Made by a program: the position numbers and the translations under genes
Notes under the pieces: generated by a model
Database searches by the model: none
Seen by the model: the letters and a program-made list of their open reading frames with translations, nothing else
What the model was told of the DNA's origin: nothing
Assembly: GCA_964628675.1 (NCBI GenBank)
Contig: CAZVPQ010000001.1
Coordinates: 1 to 33,920 of the forward strand
Direction of reading: 5' to 3'
DNA from: an uncultured Hyphomicrobiales bacterium
Lineage (GTDB): Bacteria > Bacteroidota > Ignavibacteria > Kapaibacteriales > UBA2268
Length of the DNA: 33,920 bases
Shown here: positions 1 through 8,300 of the stretch, in pieces
Layout of the letters: the number at the start of each line of letters is the position of its first letter
Position numbering within the stretch: position 1 is the first letter of the stretch

Positions 1-186
1 ATAAAGAGCAAAATAATCAAAACTATTAATGAAGTACAAAATGGTACCTCTTTTGACGAAGCCATAAGAAAATATTCAAACGATGAAGAACTTATTGGAA
101 AAATCAAATCTATAATTGCAAAAGTTAAATCAGGCGAATTTGACATCAATAAATATATGCAATTTTCGGAAAAATTTAGCAGATAA
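1..186 (+). CDS. 3' end of a small helical protein gene (start lies outside the window); paralog of the disrupted ORF at 26099-26303; possibly a Nif11-like leader/precursor family member
   Basis: Frame +1 is open from the window edge to TAA at 184-186: IKSKIIKTINEVQNGTSFDEAIRKYSNDEELIGKIKSIIAKVKSGEFDINKYMQFSEKFSR*. About 50 aa align with the reconstructed minus-strand product of 26099-26303. nt 52-90 match the reverse complement of 26162-26200 at 37 of 39 positions (hand count). Confidence 0.55.
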   Translation: MKSKIIKTINEVQNGTSFDEAIRKYSNDEELIGKIKSIIAKVKSGEFDINKYMQFSEKFSR

Positions 187-223
187 ATTTTAAATTAAAA
201 TATCCCATTTGAACAAGTTTTTC

Positions 224-249
224 AAGTCTATTAAATTAATTATAGACTT
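224..249. repeat. Perfect 8-bp inverted repeat AAGTCTAT-N10-ATAGACTT between the small ORF and the NRPS start; possible weak terminator or operator
   Basis: Read directly: 224-231 AAGTCTAT and 242-249 ATAGACTT, with a 10-nt AT-only loop. The stem is AT-rich and no clear T-tract follows, so the function is uncertain. Confidence 0.3.
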
Positions 250-285
250 AATTATGGTGTATTTAATACATAATTTTTAAGAGAA

Positions 286-3200
286 TTGAATTTATTGAAA
301 ATGTCAATAGCAAAGGTTAGTAATGCAATTAGCCAAGATTTTCCATTAATTCAAAGTTATATAGAATATTATGCTAAAGTAAATCCCGATTCGATTGCAT
401 TAGCTTCTGAAGAAGAAACTCTTACATACTTTGAGTTAAATAAGTCTGCAAACAATTTAGCAAATTATCTTATTTCGCAAGGAATAGGTCCTGAAAAAAC
501 TGTAGGTATTTTTTTAAACCCTTCTATTAATTTAGTTATAGCTGTTATAGCTGTATTAAAAGCCGGAGGGGTTTATGTCCCAATAGCTCCGACTCTTCCT
601 AAAAAAAGGGCTGAATATATATTAAAAGATTCAAAAGCAAAAATTTTACTAACAGATTTTAATTTGAAAAGTAAATTCTCTTTTGATTCTGTCATTTCTG
701 TTGCTGTTGACAATAATTCCTCAAATGAAATACTTACTAATCCAAAATATTCTGCTAATGAGAGTAATGCGGCATTTATTATTTATACATCAGGTTCAAC
801 CGGGAAGCCGAAGGGCGTAGTAATTGAACATAGGAATTTGTCCTATTATATTAAGTGGTATATCAAGAATATTTTCCAAAAAATGCAAGTTGATTTGCCT
901 TTAACCTCATCTATGAGTTTTGCCGCCGCTGTTACTCAATTTTATTCTTCATTAGTTTTAGGTAGAACACTTCATATATTAAATCCCGATTTGTTAAGAC
1001 AACCCGACGATCTTTTTGAATGGTATAATATCAATCACGATTTTGGTTTATATTGCGTTCCAACTCTATGGGAAGAATTAATTAATTATGCAGAAATTAA
1101 TAACAAGTCAAAGAAATTAAAAAGCCCGAAATGTGTTTTTCTTTCCGGCGAAGCAGTTTCGAATAGTTTGGTTAAGAGAACTTATAATTTATTTCCTAAT
1201 ATACAACTTTGGAATTTATATGGACCAACCGAAGCTACTGCTAATATTAGTGCAGGATTGTTATCTAATGATAAAGAAGTTGATTTGGGCGAAGTGATTG
1301 AAGGTAGTAAATTATTTATTCTGAATGACAATTTAGAGAAAATCGGGATTAATGAAACCGGTGAAATTTATATTGCCGGTGATGGTATTGCACGGGGGTA
1401 TCTCAATTTGCCGAGATTAACAGGGCAATATTTTTTCAATCATCAGTTCAACGACGGTCAAACATTACGATTATATAAAACCGGGGATTTGGCTAAATAT
1501 GATGAAAATAATAAAATAATATTTTTAGGCAGAAAAGATAGTCAGATAAAAATTAATGGCTATCGTATTGAACTAAGTGAAATTGAGAATATTTTGCTTC
1601 AACATTATGCGATTAGACAGACTGTTGTTATTAAAAAATCACAAGGCACAAATAATCAATTAATTGCTTATATTGTTGTTGATAAATCTAAAAGCATAAT
1701 CATTAACGATGTAAGAGATTATCTAAAAGAGCAATTGCCTGATTATATGATGCCTAATGTTATTGTTTTCTTGGATTCTTTTCCAAAATTAAAAAACGGC
1801 AAGATAAACCGCAAAAAATTGCCTCAACCCGGTATTCAAAGGCCCGATTTACGATATTCTTATGTCCCGCCGGGCAATGATTTGGAAAAAGAGCTTGTTG
1901 CAATTTGGGAGGATGTTCTCGGATATGCAGGATTAGGAATAAATGATAATTTCTTTGACCTTGGTGGAAATTCTCTTAAAATTATATCCATAATTTATAG
2001 AATTAATGGAAAGTTTAATGTAAAAATACCATTTAGATATTTCTTTAAATATCAAACTCCTTATAAATTAGCTAAAATTCTAAAAAATGAAGAAATTCAA
2101 GACAGAACGATAAATTTAGAAATCAAGAAAGCAATAAGTCCCTCATATAGCTATCCTTTATCCGTAAATCAAGAGAGCTTATGGTTTATTATGCAATCTA
2201 TTCCTAATAAATCCTTATATAATATTTTGCTTTCCATTGAGATGAAAGGCGAATTTAATTTATCATATTTACAACTATCATTAGAAGATTTAACAAAAAA
2301 ACATAAGCAATTAAATGCTGTTTTCAATAATATTGACGGTGAGTTAGTTTGTAGAATTAAAGAGAATAATTATATAGGTATTGAGTTTTTTGATTTGTCT
2401 AATATTGTTTCTAATGAGCAAATTAAATCGTCAATAGAAGATATACAAAACAGCGAACTACAATATATTTTTGATTTGGAAACAGGACCATTATATAAAT
2501 TCAAAGTGATAAAAGTTAATAAAAATCGACATATACTATTAGTGCTTATTCATCATATTATTTTCGACGGCTGGTCAGTAAATGTTTTTGTAAAAGAGTT
2601 GTCCGATTTATATAGTACCCTATTGAATAATAGTGAAGAAAATATTCAGGATTTAGATATTCAATTTACAGATTATGCTCATTGGCAAAAAGAGAATATA
2701 GATAGTTCTTATTATGCTCGAATGCTCAAATATTGGCAAGAAAAATTAAAAAATTCAAACTTTGTTTTGGATTTCCCTGCTGATTTTGCAAGACAAAAAA
2801 ATCAAACATTTAATGGGAATTATAAAAAAGTATTTATTAATAAAGATGTTCAAGAAAAAATTTGGAAATTTAATAAGAAAAATAATTTAACTCCTTTTAT
2901 GACTTTTCTTTCCCTGTTCAAATTATTATTATTTAAATATACAAAACAAAATGATATTCTTGTCGGCTGTCCCGTTGCCAATAGAAATCATAAAGAAGTT
3001 GAGAATTTAATTGGTTATTTTGTCAATACTATTATTATAAGAACAAATTTATCTGATGAATTAACTTTTAATGATTTACTATCGGAAATTAAAGAAACAA
3101 CTATTGAATCTCTTGACAATCAAGCATATCCTTTTGCTAAATTAGTAGAAAATCTCAATATTGAACGATCAGCAAGCATAAGCCCTGTGTTTCAAGTAAT

Positions 3201-5394
3201 GTTTGCTTATCACGATGCATTTTTGGATACGCAAGCAAAAGATAATATTTCATTTTCAGTTAGAGAAATTCATAATCCTGCCGCAAAGTTTGATTTAGTT
3301 TTGGAATTAGAAGATATTGGGAGTGGGCTTGAATTAAGATTAACTTATAATAGTGATTTGTTTAAAGAATCTACTATTAATAGACTGCTAAGTCAATATC
3401 AACATTTATTATCAAGCGTAATAAAAAATACGACCAAGCAACTTTCTGAATATTCACTAATTGATGAAAAACTAATTCTTGCAAAATATCAAGAGTTAAA
3501 TAAAACGCAAGCCGATTATTCAAGGAACAAAGGAATACATCAGTTATTTGAAGAGCAGGCAGTTAAAACTCCGAATTCAATTGCTCTTATATTTGAAGAC
3601 AAAAAAATTAGTTACAATGAATTGAATACACAAGCTAACAAATTAGCAAGATATATTTTGACAAAAAATGTTAATCGTAAAAGTCCAATTGGCGTTCAAA
3701 TGGAAACCTCAGAAAAAGTGATTATTTCATTGTTGGCAATTTTAAAGATAGGCAGTCCTTATATACCATTAGACCCTTATTATCCGAAAGATAGAAATAA
3801 ATATATCATTGAACATTCGGGGGTTGAATTAATCATAACCGACGACAACTATTGTGATACACTGTCAAATCTTGATATAACAATCTTAAATATAGATAAA
3901 CAAGAAGAATCAACTTCGTCTTTTTCAGATAACAATATTTCTCTTGATGATTTCTCATCTAATGATTTAGCTTATATTATTTATACATCTGGTTCAACAG
4001 GAAACCCAAAAGGTGTTATGGTTTCGCACCAACCGGTTTGTAATTATTTACAATGGATGCAAAGAACTTTTCCGATGAATGAAGTTGATAAAATATTAAA
4101 TAGAACTTCAATTAATTTTGACATATCTGTCTGGGAAATATTTTTGCCTATAATTTGCGGGGCTAAACTTGTTTTAGCACGAAAAGATATTCTGCAAGCT
4201 CCGGAAAGTCTTTATGAATTGATAAAGAATGAGGGGATTACAAATTTGCAATTTGTACCATCTTCATTAAAAATATTTTTGGATTCAGGTTTGCTTTCTT
4301 CTTGTAAATCAATAAAGAGAATTTTTTCAGGCGGAGAAAAACTTTCAATAAAATTACAAAATCAAGTTTCTTCTGAATTTGACGGTGAATTAATTAATTT
4401 TTACGGTCCGACTGAAGCAACGATTTATGCGACCTATTGGGAATGCCAAAGAGATTCAAAATTAAGTTATGTCCCAATAGGAAAGCCTATTTCAAATGCT
4501 GAAGTTTATGTTTTAGATGACAATTTAAAAGCTTTGCCACAAGGCATTGTTGGCGAATTATATATTGGTGGAGAAGTTTTGGCAAAAGGATATTATGATT
4601 CTCCTGAATTAACAGAAAAGAGTTTCATTCAGAGTCCTTTTGAGCAACATAAAACATTATATAAAACAGGTGATTTGGTTAAATTGTCAGATGACGGTAA
4701 TATAGAATTTCTCGGTAGAGTTGACAACCAAGTCAAAGTTAGAGGTTATAGAATTGAACTTGAAGAAATAGAATATTATTTAATAAGCCACCATAAAATC
4801 AAACAGGCTGTTGTTATCATACGAGAAGATATTGATAGTGATGTTAGAATAGTTGCTTATCTTATACCGCAAAATAGCAACCTGCCAAATGAAAACGAAT
4901 TAAGAAGCTATCTTAAAGAAAAATTACCATCTTATATGATACCATCATTTTTCATATCAATAGATTCAATTCCTTTTTTAGCAAATGGCAAACTAAATAT
5001 TAATGCTCTTCCGTCTATAAAAAGCATTACGATTGGGAAAACAAGAAATAATTATAATAATAAATACGAAGAAATGATTGCTGAAATATGGAAAGTAGTT
5101 TTAGGAACTGATAATTTTAAACCCGATGATAATTTCTATGAGGTTGGCGGTCATTCATTGTTAATGGTTAAAGTGCAAAATTTAATACAAGAAAAATTAA
5201 ATCTTAAAGTTTCAGTGGTTGATTTATTTCAATATCCTAACATACAATCATTAGCAAACTATTTTATTGAAAAATATAAAACTAAAGGTCATTTAAACTC
5301 TGATATAATGAAAAGAGTGGCGATGCGGAAAAAAGTATTAACTCCTAAAATTAAAAAAATAATTGAAAAGTATAATCATGACAAATCTAAATGA
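286..5394 (+). CDS. Non-ribosomal peptide synthetase, two modules: A-T-C-A-T (loading module plus one elongation module)
   Basis: A1 (~nt 358-1830): IIYTSGSTGKPKG, NLYGPTEAT, YKTGDL, GRKDSQIKINGYRIEL, NGKINRKKL. T1 (~1873-2085): FFDLGGNSL. C (~2149-3465): HHIIFDGWS. A2 (~3538-5016): IIYTSGSTGNPKG, NFYGPTEAT, YKTGDL, GRVDNQVKVRGYRIEL, NGKLN. T2 (~5062-5265): FYEVGGHSL. Position 286 is a TTG; the ATG at 301 (MSIAKV...) is the more likely start. The C-terminal ~40 aa are strongly basic, which fits a docking tail. Confidence 0.95.
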   Translation: MNLLKMSIAKVSNAISQDFPLIQSYIEYYAKVNPDSIALASEEETLTYFELNKSANNLANYLISQGIGPEKTVGIFLNPSINLVIAVIAVLKAGGVYVPIAPTLPKKRAEYILKDSKAKILLTDFNLKSKFSFDSVISVAVDNNSSNEILTNPKYSANESNAAFIIYTSGSTGKPKGVVIEHRNLSYYIKWYIKNIFQKMQVDLPLTSSMSFAAAVTQFYSSLVLGRTLHILNPDLLRQPDDLFEWYNINHDFGLYCVPTLWEELINYAEINNKSKKLKSPKCVFLSGEAVSNSLVKRTYNLFPNIQLWNLYGPTEATANISAGLLSNDKEVDLGEVIEGSKLFILNDNLEKIGINETGEIYIAGDGIARGYLNLPRLTGQYFFNHQFNDGQTLRLYKTGDLAKYDENNKIIFLGRKDSQIKINGYRIELSEIENILLQHYAIRQTVVIKKSQGTNNQLIAYIVVDKSKSIIINDVRDYLKEQLPDYMMPNVIVFLDSFPKLKNGKINRKKLPQPGIQRPDLRYSYVPPGNDLEKELVAIWEDVLGYAGLGINDNFFDLGGNSLKIISIIYRINGKFNVKIPFRYFFKYQTPYKLAKILKNEEIQDRTINLEIKKAISPSYSYPLSVNQESLWFIMQSIPNKSLYNILLSIEMKGEFNLSYLQLSLEDLTKKHKQLNAVFNNIDGELVCRIKENNYIGIEFFDLSNIVSNEQIKSSIEDIQNSELQYIFDLETGPLYKFKVIKVNKNRHILLVLIHHIIFDGWSVNVFVKELSDLYSTLLNNSEENIQDLDIQFTDYAHWQKENIDSSYYARMLKYWQEKLKNSNFVLDFPADFARQKNQTFNGNYKKVFINKDVQEKIWKFNKKNNLTPFMTFLSLFKLLLFKYTKQNDILVGCPVANRNHKEVENLIGYFVNTIIIRTNLSDELTFNDLLSEIKETTIESLDNQAYPFAKLVENLNIERSASISPVFQVMFAYHDAFLDTQAKDNISFSVREIHNPAAKFDLVLELEDIGSGLELRLTYNSDLFKESTINRLLSQYQHLLSSVIKNTTKQLSEYSLIDEKLILAKYQELNKTQADYSRNKGIHQLFEEQAVKTPNSIALIFEDKKISYNELNTQANKLARYILTKNVNRKSPIGVQMETSEKVIISLLAILKIGSPYIPLDPYYPKDRNKYIIEHSGVELIITDDNYCDTLSNLDITILNIDKQEESTSSFSDNNISLDDFSSNDLAYIIYTSGSTGNPKGVMVSHQPVCNYLQWMQRTFPMNEVDKILNRTSINFDISVWEIFLPIICGAKLVLARKDILQAPESLYELIKNEGITNLQFVPSSLKIFLDSGLLSSCKSIKRIFSGGEKLSIKLQNQVSSEFDGELINFYGPTEATIYATYWECQRDSKLSYVPIGKPISNAEVYVLDDNLKALPQGIVGELYIGGEVLAKGYYDSPELTEKSFIQSPFEQHKTLYKTGDLVKLSDDGNIEFLGRVDNQVKVRGYRIELEEIEYYLISHHKIKQAVVIIREDIDSDVRIVAYLIPQNSNLPNENELRSYLKEKLPSYMIPSFFISIDSIPFLANGKLNINALPSIKSITIGKTRNNYNNKYEEMIAEIWKVVLGTDNFKPDDNFYEVGGHSLLMVKVQNLIQEKLNLKVSVVDLFQYPNIQSLANYFIEKYKTKGHLNSDIMKRVAMRKKVLTPKIKKIIEKYNHDKSK

Positions 5395-8300
5395 AGTTGA
5401 ATTTGATCAACAAATAGCTATTGTAGGTATGGCTTGCCATCTCCCCGGAGCTAAAAACACAGAAGAATTCTGGAATAATTTGATAAACGGTGTTGAATCA
5501 ATTTCAACATTTACAGATGAAGAATTATTGGAAGCGGGCGTTGAACCTGAATTAATTCAATCACCAAATTATGTAAAGTCACGAGGGATTATTAATGGTG
5601 CAGAATATTTTGATGCATCTTTCTTTGGTTTTACTCCTCGCGAAGCCGAATTAATGGACCCACAACATAGGGTATTCCTCGAATGCGCCTGGCACGCTCT
5701 CGAAGATGCCGCTTATAATCCTGAAAAATCAAATGCCCGTATTGGAGTTTATGGTGGGACAGGAACACCATGGCATCTTTTCCAAGCTAATATGAATCCC
5801 GAAGTTAAAAAATTTGCGAGCGGAACTTCTATTGTTACAAGTAATGATAAAGATTATGTTGCAACAAGAGTTTCCTATAAATTAAATTTAACCGGTCCGA
5901 GCGTTAATGTTCAGTGTGCTTGTTCTACTTCAATGGTTGCGGTAATTTTAGGAATGAATAGTTTATTAAATTATCAGTGCGATATGGTACTTGCCGGAGG
6001 TTCGACAATAGAACTACCTGAAAAAAAAGGATATATATATCAACAAGGAGGACTTGAATCCCCTGACGGTCATTGCCGTACTTTTGACGAAGGAGCTAAT
6101 GGCACTGTATTTAGTCGAGGTGCTGGAGTTGTATTGATAAAAAGATTAAACGATGCTATCAAAGACGGAGATAATATTTATGCCGTAATAAAAGGTGGTG
6201 CAATTAATAATGATGGAAATAAAAAAGTAGGTTTTACAGCTCCAAGTATTGAAGGACAAATTGAAGTTATTACGGAAACTATTGAATTAGCTGATATAAA
6301 ACCTGAAACAATAAGTTATGTGGAAGCCCACGGTACTGCAACTCAAATTGGCGACCCAATCGAAGTATCCTCTTTGATCCAAGCATTCGAGCAATTTACA
6401 GACAAAAAACAGTTTTGTGCAATAGGGTCAGTTAAAACAAACATAGGACATACTGACTCTGCATCAGGAGTATCATCTCTGATTAAAGCGGCTTTGTCAT
6501 TAAAAAATCGCAAAATCCCCGCATCATTGAATTATTACAAACCAAATCCCCAGATTGACTTTGAAAACAGTCCTTTTTTCGTTAATACGGAACTTAGAAA
6601 ATGGATTCCTAACGGTTCTCCTCTAAGAGCTTTGGTTAATTCGTTTGGTGTTGGTGGCACCAATGCTTGCGTTGTACTCGAAGAAGCACCGGATATCAAA
6701 AGCGATGATATAGATATTCCGAATAAATTGCTTGTGCTATCGGCAAAATCAAGAGAAGCATTAGAGCAAAGCAAAAATAATCTTGCAAATTATATTGGAG
6801 ACAAGCAAAATGTTAATCTTAATGATTTAGTTTATACTTATCAAATCGGAAGGAAATATTTTAATAACAGAGGATTTTTGACTTTTAAGAATAGAGATGA
6901 GCTTCTTGAGAAATTGAATAATGAAAACAGCCTGCAAGTGAATCTTCTGGATAAGGAAGATAAACCTATTGTATTTATGTTCCCAGGGCAAGGCAATCAA
7001 TATGTTAATATGGGGCTTGAACTCTATAATAATGAAAAGGTTTTTAAAGATGCCGTTGATGAATGTTGCAAAATCATTCTTGAAGAGTTCGGATTTAATT
7101 TAAAAGATATTATTTATCCTAATAACGAAAATTATAATCTCGCAATTGAAAAAATCAATCAAACTAAATACACTCAGCCCGCATTATTTGTTATCAGTTA
7201 TGCACAAGCAAAATTATTAATGTCTTGGGAAATTGAACCTGATGTTATGATTGGGCATAGCGTTGGCGAGTATGTAGCCGCTTGTATTTCAGGTGTTTTT
7301 TCTTTGAGAGATGCGGTTAAAGCAATTACAAAAAGAGGCGAACTGATACAAAGTTTGCCGGGAGGCTCTATGTTAGCTATATTGCTGTCCAAAGACGAAG
7401 TCCAACCTTTTTTGTCTTCGACAGTTGAAATTGCCGCGATTAATAATCCTTCGTTAACAGTTGTTGCCGGACCTGACGAAGATATTGATAAATTAATCGA
7501 AGAATTAAGCAGCAAAAAGATATTCAATAAAAGATTATCTACTTCTCATGCTTTCCATTCCCAAATGATGGAAGCTATTATGCCCGAGTTTGAAAAATAC
7601 TTTTCTAATATTGATTTGCATCCACCACAAATACCGATTATTTCCACTGTAAGCGGTGATACAATGGCAGAGCAACAAGCACTTGATATACATTATTGGG
7701 TTCAGCATGTTAGAAAAGCAGTTGTGTTTGCTTATGCGGCAAAAACTTGTATTGATGATAAACCTTATGTATTTATAGAAGTAGGTCCCGGACAGTCTTT
7801 GGAATCTGCTGTGAAAAGACAATTAGATAGAGATTCCGAACATTCTGTTATCAGCACAATGCCATCTGCCAATGACGAGATTCCCGATTTGGAATATTTG
7901 ACAACTGCATTGGGACGACTTTGGATTTCAGGAGTTAGTATTTCTTGGCAAAATTATTATAAAGAACAAAATCGCAAAAGGATTTCCTTGCCGGGCTATC
8001 CTTTTGAAAGAAAACCTTATTCAATCGATTTTTCTAAAAATAAAGACATTAAAGTAGAAAAAGCTAATCAAAAAGAATCTGATATTGGAAAATGGTTTTA
8101 CTTGCCATCTTGGGCTAGGTCTTCAAGTTTAGATTTATTGATGAATGATCAAGATTATGAAAATAAGAATTGCTGGTTAATCTTTAACGATGACTTAGGT
8201 TTGGCGAAAACTATCAGTGAACAACTTAAAAACGATGGAAAAGATATAATCAACATATTTGCTTCCGATAAATATCATCAAGAAAATGAGAATACATTTT

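Noticed and set aside
286-5377. TTG codons at 286 and 5363 as true starts of the NRPS and PKS genes
   Set aside because: In-frame ATGs lie 5 codons downstream in both cases (301 and 5378), and nothing distinguishes the TTGs. The ORF-track coordinates are kept in the feature table, but the ATGs are considered more likely. This cannot be settled without orthologs or proteomics.
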